Positions 19,484 through 28,758 of a DNA stretch of 64,000 nt are shown here, piece by piece. Position 1 is the stretch's first letter, and each line of letters begins with the position of its first letter. The notes under the pieces were generated by a model that was not told the origin of the DNA, searched no databases, and was given only the letters and a program-made list of their open reading frames with translations. The stretch comes from Clostridia bacterium. Its GTDB lineage: Bacteria > Bacillota > Clostridia > Acetivibrionales > UBA4821. Both the position numbers and the translations under genes were made by a program. Where the stretch lies: contig JAWLCD010000011.1 of the NCBI GenBank assembly GCA_041687355.1, positions 2,217-66,216 on the forward strand, in the 5' to 3' direction.

Positions 19484-20488
19484 CTATCCGCATCGTGCAA
19501 TAACCAAATCGGGAAGTGAAGATAAGAACTGGCGATAATGACTTTCTGGTATGCCTTGAAGGTAGGCTTTAGCTTCCTGGCAGTATTGCTGGGCTATAGT
19601 ATAAGCCTTGTCCAAGGCTCCGGTTTCATGCAAACCGGTTACTATGATGGACTGCAGCTTTTCAGTCGGAAGTGAATTATCCTTCAGGCCATTTATATGA
19701 GGCAGAAATCTGTTGTCTGTTTCAAGTAGTATAAGAATCGGGAGTGTAATATTTCCCTGCATAAGGTCGCTGAACACTGGTTTCCCCAATTTCTCGGGTG
19801 TTCCTCTTAAATCAAGGATATCATCTATTATTTGGAATGCATAGCCTAGTTTTAGCCCGTACAGTTCCATAATATCCGTATAGGTATCACCGGCGTCTGA
19901 TATTGAAGCCCCGGCTTTGCAGCATGCGGAGATTAGCCTGGCAGTTTTTTTCTCTATCCGTTTCATGTAATCCTGCAAATCATAAGAAGGTTCTTTTATA
20001 TCCAGATTCTGAAGAATCTCACCTTCACACATATTTTCAATAGCGTGAACCAAAAATTTCATCTCTCTGTGAAGACGATTGCTGCAGAGTATTTCAAATG
20101 CTTTAGCAAACAGATAATCACCTGCAAGGACTGATATATGGTTACCATATGTATAATTAAGTGTTGTACTGCTGTGTCTTAAAGCGGAATTATCGATAAT
20201 ATCATCATGGACAAGCGATGCAAGATGTATTAGCTCAGCAGCCGCAGCGGTTTTTACCAGCAGATGGGATAACGGTCCAAAGCACATTCCTGAATACAGA
20301 ACCAATAGAGGCCGAATGCGTTTACCGCCTGAGTTAATAATATGCGTACATATTTCTTCTACTTGCCCGCTAAGGCTTGCTGTAGAGTTGACAAGCTCCT
20401 GTTCAACCATTTCAATTTCTCGAAGTTCCCTAACCCTGATAAACGTTGAATAAGCCTGAGAGTGTTTATTCTTTGAAGGTATGTCCAT
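19484..20488 (-). CDS. Long-chain (heptaprenyl-type) polyprenyl diphosphate synthase
   Basis: SGGKRIRPLLVL; HLASLVHDDIIDNS; GYAFQIIDDILDLRGTPEKLGKPVFSDLMQGNITLP. Confidence 0.93.
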   Translation of the reverse strand: MDIPSKNKHSQAYSTFIRVRELREIEMVEQELVNSTASLSGQVEEICTHIINSGGKRIRPLLVLYSGMCFGPLSHLLVKTAAAAELIHLASLVHDDIIDNSALRHSSTTLNYTYGNHISVLAGDYLFAKAFEILCSNRLHREMKFLVHAIENMCEGEILQNLDIKEPSYDLQDYMKRIEKKTARLISACCKAGASISDAGDTYTDIMELYGLKLGYAFQIIDDILDLRGTPEKLGKPVFSDLMQGNITLPILILLETDNRFLPHINGLKDNSLPTEKLQSIIVTGLHETGALDKAYTIAQQYCQEAKAYLQGIPESHYRQFLSSLPDLVIARCG

Positions 20489-20642
20489 GATTTATTCATC
20501 CCGCTGACATATATAGATTGAGTTTAATCTATTATTTGTGACCCAAGGGGGAAATATGCAGTAAGTAAGAAAAAACCTCTATCAATCCTGAAACAGCAAG
20601 ATAGGGCATGCATTATAAGTTGTATTTACCTGTCTCCTGGAA

Positions 20643-21971
20643 TCAGAGAGCCATTGAACTATCAACTATTGTACTTCCATACTTCTTGGCTGAGATAATC
20701 AAATCAAATGCAGAGTCATCCATTCCGCCGATTACTACACCCGCCTTACCATTATATACTCTCAAGGCTGACTCAAGCAGTACATGAGAGGAGGTATGAA
20801 AGATTAAAGGCAGTCTGGAGTAAGATTGAACTGTCTTTATAAAATTGTTAACCATCTCAGATTTGCTCAGGATATCTAGGCTAATACAGATAACCTGGTA
20901 GTCAAGAGACCTCAAGCTCATCAACTTTTCAGTTACAGTATCAAGACCGGTTTCATTCAGGCCTTCAATTTCTGCCTCATCGAATTCACTAAGAAGGTGG
21001 TAAATTTTTTCTCTGTTTATGTCTTCAGAGTTAGTGTGTTTTGTGGCTGAGCATATAAATGTTCCGAGACTGGGTCTGGGCTGCTCATTAGATGGCGGTA
21101 CACCAAGTTTATCCAATTCACCGCGTATAGCAGCAATAAATTCAGGGGTTGTACCGCAGCACCCTCCAATCAATCTGGTTCCATATTGTACAAAGTCTTT
21201 TACAGTATTTTTGAATTTTTCGGGTGTTTCATCATAGATTACCTTGTCACCTGAGCATTGGGGCATACCTGCATTTGCTTTTACACTTAGGTGTAGATTA
21301 GTAAACCCATACATCTGTTTAGTTATTTCGAGCAAGCCCTCAGGACCGGTAGAACAATTTGAGCCTATAAGATCAGCGCCCAGAGATTGACACACCAGCG
21401 CACAGACTGCGGGACTATTTCCCATAAGTGTACGGCCGTTTTCTTCAAAACTCATGGATGCAATTATTGGAAGAGGGGAGTTTTCACGGGCAGCAAGGAG
21501 CCCGGCCTTCATCTCATATAGGTCGGTCATTGTTTCAAAGTTAATTATGTCGGCACCAGCTTCCGTAACTGATACAACCTGTTCCGTGAAGATTTCATAC
21601 GCCTCCTCAAAAGAAAGTTCTCCTGAAGGTTCCAACAGCTTTCCTGTGGGTCCAATTGAGGCGGCAACGAAAGCAATGTCTCCTGCTGCCTCTTTGGCAA
21701 GTTTAACAGAAGCTGAGTTTATTTCGTGAACTTTATCCTGGAGGCCGAATTTTTCCAGAACAGCTCTATTAGCTCCGAAAGTATTAGTTTGTATTACATG
21801 TGCACCTGCTTCTACATATGATAAGTATAACTCCCTTACCCTGTCAGGATGCTCAATATTCCAAAGTTCAGGGCACTCTCCACCGGTCATACCCATATTC
21901 TGAAGCATTGTGCCCTTGGAACCGTCAAAGGCCAGAACTTCATTTTTTATTCTTCGTAGAAAATTATTCAA
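20643..21971 (-). CDS. Homocysteine S-methyltransferase-domain protein (MetH N-terminal-like) with degenerate C-terminal domain
   Basis: FDGSKGTMLQNMGM; IIASMSFEENGRTLMGNSP; GSNCSTGPEG; LIGGCCGTTPEF. Confidence 0.9.
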   Translation of the reverse strand: MNNFLRRIKNEVLAFDGSKGTMLQNMGMTGGECPELWNIEHPDRVRELYLSYVEAGAHVIQTNTFGANRAVLEKFGLQDKVHEINSASVKLAKEAAGDIAFVAASIGPTGKLLEPSGELSFEEAYEIFTEQVVSVTEAGADIINFETMTDLYEMKAGLLAARENSPLPIIASMSFEENGRTLMGNSPAVCALVCQSLGADLIGSNCSTGPEGLLEITKQMYGFTNLHLSVKANAGMPQCSGDKVIYDETPEKFKNTVKDFVQYGTRLIGGCCGTTPEFIAAIRGELDKLGVPPSNEQPRPSLGTFICSATKHTNSEDINREKIYHLLSEFDEAEIEGLNETGLDTVTEKLMSLRSLDYQVICISLDILSKSEMVNNFIKTVQSYSRLPLIFHTSSHVLLESALRVYNGKAGVVIGGMDDSAFDLIISAKKYGSTIVDSSMAL

Positions 21972-22181
21972 GTAATCAACTCCTCAGCCAGCTTGATACT
22001 CAATTCAATAGAGCTTACGACTATATTATACTATACTACAAACAGCTTATGCGTCAAATGCTAAAGGTCAGAAAAAGGTTTGTGGCAATAAACTACTCAA
22101 TACACCATTGATATGTTATAATGTTTCACGTAAAGATGTATATATTAATTTGATAAAAGGAAAAATGATTATTACGAGGTT

Positions 22182-22739
22182 TTGCCTTTAAATAAGACTC
22201 TGGTGGTGGACCGATTGAGTATTCCTAATTTCATTACTATTGCAAGATTCTTTCTTATTCCTTTGTTTGTTGTGCTTATGCTGGACAGGCAATATACTAT
22301 TGCCCTGGTGGTCTTCCTGTTTGCCGGGTTTACCGATGCTGTAGACGGTTACATAGCAAGAAAATATAAGATGATTACAAAGCTGGGGCAGATACTTGAC
22401 CCACTTGCAGATAAGCTTGTATTGCTTACTGCTCTTGTTATGATAGCTGTTCAGAACCTGGTGCCTAATATTTATCCAATTATAGTAATTGTAGCTGCCA
22501 AGGAGATATTAATATGCATAGGAAGCGCAGTGCTCTTCAGAAAGGGAGTTGTAGTTAAGGCCAATTGGTACGGTAAGGTATCAACCGTAATTTTTTATGC
22601 TGCAATAACTCTTTCGATATTAATACCGGCCTATGGTAGGTTTCTAATGCTGGTTGCAGTTTCTGCCGCTATATTTGCGTTCATTATGTATTGCCTTAAT
22701 TATCTCAGAATCCGAAAGTCAATTTCATATACAAGGTAA
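22182..22739 (+). CDS. pgsA: CDP-diacylglycerol-glycerol-3-phosphate 3-phosphatidyltransferase
   Basis: IPNFITIARFFLIPLFVV; FTDAVDGYIARKYKMITKLGQILDPLADKL (DGX2ARX8GX3DX3D). Confidence 0.93.
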   Translation: MPLNKTLVVDRLSIPNFITIARFFLIPLFVVLMLDRQYTIALVVFLFAGFTDAVDGYIARKYKMITKLGQILDPLADKLVLLTALVMIAVQNLVPNIYPIIVIVAAKEILICIGSAVLFRKGVVVKANWYGKVSTVIFYAAITLSILIPAYGRFLMLVAVSAAIFAFIMYCLNYLRIRKSISYTR

Positions 22740-22851
22740 TTACTTTTGGATGCATAGAGATTGACCACTAACAAGGATTTTGATTTACTAACCAAGTCAA
22801 AAGTAACCTTGAAAAAATCAAGCAGAAGTATTATAATAAATAAGCATTGCT

Positions 22852-22928
22852 CGGGATGTGGCTCAGCTTGGTAGAGCGCGGCGTTCGGGACGCTGAGGTC
22901 GCAGGTTCAAATCCTGTCATCCCGACCA
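22852..22928 (+). tRNA. tRNA-Pro (anticodon CGG)
   Basis: CGGGATG...CATCCCG acceptor pairing, anticodon loop TTCGGGA, T-loop GGTTCAAATCC, encoded CCA. Confidence 0.97.
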
Positions 22929-22956
22929 TAAATAGTAACCATAGGGATTACCAAAT

Positions 22957-22997
22957 AAAAAAGAGGTCTTTGCATGCAAAGACCTCTTTTTTATTTG
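22957..22997. terminator. Terminator hairpin after tRNA-Pro
   Basis: AAAAAAGAGGTCTTTGCATGCAAAGACCTCTTTTTT. Confidence 0.92.
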
Positions 22998-23530
22998 GTG
23001 AAGCAGAGGGTCCTGTTTCTTTATCGTTCATTCCTAATTATGTACTTGCGGCACTTCAACCATTACCGGTTCCATATTTAAGTTAACCAGCATAATATGC
23101 TAGCATAATTAAGTAAACACATTTTATTACCTGGGGTTTGACTAGGTACAGGTAAAACCGCTGTCAGAAAGATTTTTCTATGGCATGTAGTGTGGTTTTA
23201 ATTCAATGCCACATATGAACAGGAGATAAAAAACAGGTTAAAAGGAAAGGAATGGTGTATAGGGAAATAGGATTTACTGATTCCAGTAAGCTGCCGAAAG
23301 TGGTACATATCAAAAGTTCAGGTCTTTTTCATGCAGAAAGAAGCCATATCCACGCCGTCATTTGAATAACAGCATGGTTTTTCTGTATGTTCGCTATTAC
23401 ATCAGCGCAGCTTCGGAATCTGTAAATCTGGATGTATTATTCTTGAAACCAGAGTGTGTCAGGGGGTGGCCACCGGATAAAAAAGAAGCGGATGTCTGCA
23501 GGTTAAAAAAGTGTTGAAGGAGGGGGAAAA

Positions 23531-24721
23531 ATGATTACATCAAGTGTCTGCACAAAACCGCAAAGGGATCAAGGAACTTTAATCAATGCGTATGAGGTGA
23601 ACAAGAAATTTGTTTATCCTCGTATCAGTGCAGAGGACAGCATCATTTTGAGGTATCACAAGTCCTTTGTTCCGGATATTGACTTTCAGATTCTGCAGGA
23701 TGTGTCACTTCGGGAGGGGGGTAGGATTATCGGACCCGTCGATGTCAATGGTGTAAACCTGTTTATTCTTGATATGGCGTCCCTGATGGCAGACGGGAAT
23801 TTCAAGTCTACGGTTGCATGTATGGCTGTCGCAAGGAGTATACAACAGGGAGTGCAGAGGCTGGCGGTGTGCTCGTCAGGCAATACAGCCGTCGCAATGG
23901 CAAGGTACTGCCGGGATAAAGACATCAAGCTTGACATATTTATTCCAAGGCTGTCTTCTTATAAGTTTGATTATTCAGTATTGGACCGTAAAAAGCAAAC
24001 CTTGTGGATAGTTGATAAGCCTGAGTGGGGAGTCCGCAGTACTGCAGAGACTTTTGCACACGAGCATGGGCTGCTGCTAGTTCCATCCCTGGGGCACCAG
24101 GTCGAAGCGAACGCCTGCAGGTCTTTTCTCGTCCTGGAATACATGCTGAAAAACAATATTGTTTTTGACTGGGCCACTCAGGCCGTGTCAGGAGGGCATG
24201 GACCGGTGGGGTTTTATAAAAAGCTCTATTCGCTTGTTGAGGATGGGGTAATCCAGCCTGAGATAATTCCAGGCTTCATCGGGGTTCAGCAGTCGGGAAT
24301 ATGCCCTATGCATAATGCCTGGATAAATGGGCGCAGTTATCTGACCGGTGAGGATGTAAATTTGCATCCTCAAGAGGTTCTAGAGCCTACACTTTACTGC
24401 ACCCGACCTGATGAGGGATACCGTTACCTTTACAAGAATGTTGTAAAGCCTAAAGGAGGAGCCTTCTACGCAATTGACTCCAAGGAATATTCAAGATGGG
24501 AGAGTGCGGCGCTTGGGGTATTGATAAGCTGTGGTTTCAGGCTTAAGAAGAGGAATATGGAAGGACATGGTGTGATTACAGAGAAAGCAGGAATACTTAG
24601 CTTAATGGGAGCCCTGAAGGCATTTGAAGAAGGACGGATAGCTTCAGGGGAGAATGTTCTGGTTACTTTTACGGGCACAACCGAAGTCGCAGAACCTATT
24701 CAGTGGCTTAAAGTTATGTAG
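23531..24721 (+). CDS. PLP-dependent threonine synthase-like protein
   Basis: Body resembles threonine synthase/TrpB fold: MADGNFKSTVACMAVARSIQQGVQRLAVCSSGNTAVAMARYC; N-terminus lacks the usual threonine synthase start. Confidence 0.75.
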   Translation: MITSSVCTKPQRDQGTLINAYEVNKKFVYPRISAEDSIILRYHKSFVPDIDFQILQDVSLREGGRIIGPVDVNGVNLFILDMASLMADGNFKSTVACMAVARSIQQGVQRLAVCSSGNTAVAMARYCRDKDIKLDIFIPRLSSYKFDYSVLDRKKQTLWIVDKPEWGVRSTAETFAHEHGLLLVPSLGHQVEANACRSFLVLEYMLKNNIVFDWATQAVSGGHGPVGFYKKLYSLVEDGVIQPEIIPGFIGVQQSGICPMHNAWINGRSYLTGEDVNLHPQEVLEPTLYCTRPDEGYRYLYKNVVKPKGGAFYAIDSKEYSRWESAALGVLISCGFRLKKRNMEGHGVITEKAGILSLMGALKAFEEGRIASGENVLVTFTGTTEVAEPIQWLKVM

Positions 24722-24780
24722 AGATATAAGTTAAGATTATTATGAGATTTACTTTTAAATCAGGCAGTATGCCTGATTTT

Positions 24781-24994
24781 TTATCCGATGAATACCGCCG
24801 CTAAGACTCCCCTCTTGTTCAAGTGGGAGCATTAAAGATGGACACTATCGCTAAGATTTCTTTGAAATCAAGCGACTAGTAGCCTAAGGCGGCGCTACGT
24901 CCCTGGATAACGGCTTCTAAGATTCAGATGGAGAAAGAAACTCCACCTGAATCCAAGAATCCTGTTTATCCGATGAATACCGCCGCTAAGACTC
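24781..24994 (+). repeat. Interspersed structured repeat, copy 1 (185-nt unit plus 29-nt partial second unit)
   Basis: TTATCCGATGAATACCGCCGCTAAGACTC occurs at 24781 and again at 24966; the full unit recurs in reverse orientation at 58213-58400. Confidence 0.93.
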
Positions 24995-25094
24995 TCCTAG
25001 AGGCTTGAATAATATTGGTGTGATTGCGGCAATAATAATACCTGTGAACTTATAAGTGCTTAAGCAGAGAAATAAGGCCGGGAGATGAAAAATC

Positions 25095-25376
25095 ATGGAG
25101 AAAGATAAGGGCAGATCCAAGGCTCCATTTGATATAGATAAGGTATCATTTAAAAATGTAAACAGTAGTTTTGAAAAGAAATTCAGGGAACGCTATGAGC
25201 AGTCGATTAAGATGATATCTGATGATTTAGGCGGACTAGTTAGTGCTATAGGTTCCAATTCACTGGATATTCTTGAGAAAATGGCCCAGCGCATAGAATA
25301 CTATGACATGAACTCAGATTTTGAAGACAGTTATCATCAACTTCTTAAGGAATACGAACCGTTCACAGAAACCTAG
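25095..25376 (+). CDS. Hypothetical acidic small protein
   Basis: 93 aa with RBS GGCCGGGAGATG; no family recognised. Confidence 0.7.
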   Translation: MEKDKGRSKAPFDIDKVSFKNVNSSFEKKFRERYEQSIKMISDDLGGLVSAIGSNSLDILEKMAQRIEYYDMNSDFEDSYHQLLKEYEPFTET

Positions 25377-25407
25377 TTCAGCAGATTCATCTGCTGAATA
25401 ACTACTG

Positions 25408-26538
25408 TTATGGTTTCAAGATTACCTTAATGCAGTTATCCTTCTTTTCATCAAAGACTTCATACCCATAGTCTCCTTCTTTGAGAGGCAGAACATGAGT
25501 TATTATATCGGTTGCATCGAACTTGTTTTCGCTAATAAGATTCAGAATTGGTTCTACATAAGAGTGGGCAGGACACTGTCCCATCTTCAGGGTTATATTT
25601 CTTGCAAAAAAGTCACCAAGGGGAAACATATTGTATCTAGCCCCATATACTCCTACAAGTGACACTGTTCCTCCCTTTCTTACTGCCTGAGTAGCTATAT
25701 CGATAGCCGACTTGGTACCTCCCTGTATTTTCAGGGCGGATTCAATTATTTCCACAAGATTCATTTTTCCATCCATACCTACGCAGTCGATGACTGCATC
25801 GGCACCCCCGTGAGTTATTTCTTTTATATGTTCACCTGCATTATCATGATGCTCAAAATTTATTACTTCAACATTGTTGTGCTTTCTGGCGTGTTCCAGT
25901 CGGTAGTCAATATAGTCAACAGCAATTATTCTATCCGCACCCTTAAACGCAGCCCATTTCTGAGCAAGCAGGCCTACAGGGCCGCATCCAAGAACTACAA
26001 CCGTATCGCCGTCTTTTACACCTGCGTTCTCAACACCCCAGTAAGAGGTTGGAAGAATATCAGTGAGAAACAGGACTTGTTCATCAGTAAGGTCATCAGG
26101 CACAACAGTAGGACCAACATTGGCGTAAGGTACCCTCAAGTATTCAGCCTGACCTCCGTCGTAACCTCCGTAGGTCTTGCTGTAGCCGAAAATTGCACCT
26201 ACTTCCCCATTGGCATTTGAGTTATCGCATTGAGACCAGAGTTCATGGCTGCAGTACCAGCAGTGCCCGCATGATATAGGGAAGGGGACTATCACCCTGT
26301 CGCCCTTCTTTAACTTTGTTACATCCGGCCCGGCTTCCTCTACAATGCCCATAGTCTCATGCCCGAGGATAAAACCCTTTGGCATATTTGGCACCATCCC
26401 ATGTATCAGATGCAGATCAGAGCCGCATATTGCAGTTGAAGTTACTTTCACAATAATATCATCGGGTTCTTTTATTTCAGGGTCATCAACGTTATTCATT
26501 TTTACCTTCTTAATACCTTCATAAGTAAGTGCTTTCAT
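25408..26538 (-). CDS. Zinc-dependent alcohol dehydrogenase (MDR family, glutathione-independent formaldehyde dehydrogenase-like)
   Basis: TAICGSDLHLIHG; GHETMGIVEEAGP; VVVLGCGPVGLLAQKWA; start placed at MKALTYEG with RBS CTGGAGGAAA. Confidence 0.93.
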   Translation of the reverse strand: MKALTYEGIKKVKMNNVDDPEIKEPDDIIVKVTSTAICGSDLHLIHGMVPNMPKGFILGHETMGIVEEAGPDVTKLKKGDRVIVPFPISCGHCWYCSHELWSQCDNSNANGEVGAIFGYSKTYGGYDGGQAEYLRVPYANVGPTVVPDDLTDEQVLFLTDILPTSYWGVENAGVKDGDTVVVLGCGPVGLLAQKWAAFKGADRIIAVDYIDYRLEHARKHNNVEVINFEHHDNAGEHIKEITHGGADAVIDCVGMDGKMNLVEIIESALKIQGGTKSAIDIATQAVRKGGTVSLVGVYGARYNMFPLGDFFARNITLKMGQCPAHSYVEPILNLISENKFDATDIITHVLPLKEGDYGYEVFDEKKDNCIKVILKP

Positions 26539-26779
26539 ATTTTCCTCCAGGAATTCTCTCTTATTAGAGTTTCCATTGGAAGTGTAATTATTCAAATCAA
26601 TAATTTGACTTGTGCAGCGATTAAGTTTGCGGAGAAATCCTGATGCCATCGGGTAGCCCGGGCATACGGCTGGGACTTGAACCCAGCCAAAGCCCGAGTC
26701 TACAACTTAATGGAGCTTCTAGGTACAGAGGAAATGAATTGAATAGCGGATAAGTTTGCGGAGAAATCTAATATGGCTG

Positions 26780-27508
26780 CTATATTTCTCCAAGGAGTAC
26801 GACCAGCATTACTCCGGCAAGGAAAGAAAAAATACTGCTGTGGCTTGTCAGTTTAAAGCTTGAGGATGGTATAAGCTCATCGGTACATATATAAATCATC
26901 AGACCTGCGGTAGCTCCGATAATCAGACCAACTACCTGGGTAGGAATATTCTGATACAGAAAATATGCAACAAAAAATCCAACTAGGATGGGAATAGCAG
27001 TGGAGGAAGAAATAATAAACGACTTCAGCCTCTTTTTTGAGCAGTAATAGTATGGTGCTGAAGTACAGATTCCTTCGGGGATGTTGTGTATTGCTATTGC
27101 CAGAGCAATGGCAAGACTTACCTTTATGTCTGAAACTGAACCGATTGCTATAGCCATACCTTCAGGGAGATTGTGCAGAAAAATACCCAGGATAAGGTAT
27201 AGAGAAGTTTTCTTCAGTTCACAGCCTGGGTTCTCGGAACCTAATTCAGGATGTATATGTGGAATAAATTTGTCAACAAGGTGCATGGCAAGTGCGCCTA
27301 AGAATATTCCTGCTATGCATATCAGGGTTGAAGAGAGCTTAATACTCTCAGGAATCAGTTCCAGAAAAGATATGGCCAGCATAACTCCTGCTGCAAAAGA
27401 AAGCATAATGAAAATAAAGTTTTCAGAGGGCCTTTTTACAATCCCAATTAGTGAACCAATAACCGGACCAAGAACTGAAATAGCTAAAATAAATAATATC
27501 GGATCCAT
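26780..27508 (-). CDS. ZIP family metal transporter
   Basis: HNLPEGMAIAIGS and HNIPEGICTSAPYYY motifs in consecutive TM segments. Confidence 0.94.
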   Translation of the reverse strand: MDPILFILAISVLGPVIGSLIGIVKRPSENFIFIMLSFAAGVMLAISFLELIPESIKLSSTLICIAGIFLGALAMHLVDKFIPHIHPELGSENPGCELKKTSLYLILGIFLHNLPEGMAIAIGSVSDIKVSLAIALAIAIHNIPEGICTSAPYYYCSKKRLKSFIISSSTAIPILVGFFVAYFLYQNIPTQVVGLIIGATAGLMIYICTDELIPSSSFKLTSHSSIFSFLAGVMLVVLLGEI

Positions 27509-27786
27509 TTTATTCCTTCCATTCCTTCTGCTGTTAGTGTACTCTATATATCTTCAATTTTAAATATAGATTATGGTTAATCATAAGTACGGGAACCGTA
27601 AATAAATCATAAATATTAATTATAGTTTTGTCAACTATAGTTAATTTGCAAAAAATGTGCCAGTTTGTTTTTCTATATACTTTTTACTGCGTATTGCACA
27701 ACATAATTTGTTAATGTTAAAATTGCATGTAGGAAGCCTAGGCGTCAAAAAATAATTGTGAATAGAAATATAGGGAGGTATTTTAC

Positions 27787-28665
27787 ATGAATACAGTGAA
27801 GAAAAAGCTTGTTTCATGGCTTTTTGAGACAAATGCTTTGAGAGTATGTCCTGAGGACAAGCCGTTCTGGTATACATCCGGTACAATTGGACCTTATTAC
27901 ATAAATACAGAATTTCTGTATGGGGGGCAGGCTAAAGCAGGTGAACTTCTTGATGTTATTGATAAGGAGAAGAGTAACAGGCTTGCATGTCCTCTGACAA
28001 TTGCCAGCATGCTCAGGAAGAACTATGCTGAGAATGAAGTATACAGAGAACTGATTGATTATATGACCGGCTTTGTAAAGGAAAACATTAGTGTTGACGA
28101 AATTGATTTGATTTCGGGTGGAGAGAGGCGTGACTGGTTCTTCTCATTGATAGTTGCAGAGAAACTTGGAAAACCCCATATAACCATTTACAAGGACCTG
28201 GCTGCAGTCATGTCACAGGGTGAACTGACTCGTATAATGAGTGGGCGGGAAATTGAAGGCAAGAGAGTACTCCATATTGCAGACCTGATAACCGAAGGCT
28301 CAAGCTATGAGAGGGCGTGGATTCCTGCGGTTCACAACAGAGGGGGAGAAATCAAGTGGAGTGTAGTTGTGGTTGACAGAAAGCAAGGTGGGGGGGAAAT
28401 GCTCCTCGCTAACCGTATTAAAGCATTTTCGATGATAGAGGTAGATAAGTATCTGTTCGAAGAAGCCTTGAAGATGAACCTAATAAATGAAGGGCAATTT
28501 GCAATGATAATGGATTATATTGATAACCCAAAGGAAACCATGAGAAAATTTTTGCTGGAGCACCCTGAATTCCTTGATGATGCATTAAAATCAGACCAGA
28601 AGACAAAGGAAAGGGCAGAGCTCTGTTTGGAAAAGAACTTATATGACCTTGATCCGGCAAGATAG
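27787..28665 (+). CDS. Phosphoribosyltransferase-fold (PyrE-like) protein
   Basis: PFWYTSGTIGPYYINTEFL; DLISGGERRDWFFSLIVAEKLGKPH; VLHIADLITEGSSYERAW; RBS AGGGAGGTATTTTAC. Confidence 0.8.
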   Translation: MNTVKKKLVSWLFETNALRVCPEDKPFWYTSGTIGPYYINTEFLYGGQAKAGELLDVIDKEKSNRLACPLTIASMLRKNYAENEVYRELIDYMTGFVKENISVDEIDLISGGERRDWFFSLIVAEKLGKPHITIYKDLAAVMSQGELTRIMSGREIEGKRVLHIADLITEGSSYERAWIPAVHNRGGEIKWSVVVVDRKQGGGEMLLANRIKAFSMIEVDKYLFEEALKMNLINEGQFAMIMDYIDNPKETMRKFLLEHPEFLDDALKSDQKTKERAELCLEKNLYDLDPAR

Positions 28666-28758
28666 TCATCCCATGAATTTTAAAAGCAAGAGTTTTTTCT
28701 AAAAAAGTTATCCTGTTTTGCGCCCCTGATGAATACATTATATCAGGAGGTGTTGGAC

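Noticed and set aside
22979-23530. Possible riboswitch/T-box leader of the threonine-synthase-like gene
   Set aside because: No T-box sequence, no recognisable riboswitch core; kept only as a long leader within a finding.
26640-26720. Complete tRNA gene on the minus strand
   Set aside because: T-arm-like sequence present but no acceptor pairing, D-arm or CCA context; not a functional tRNA.
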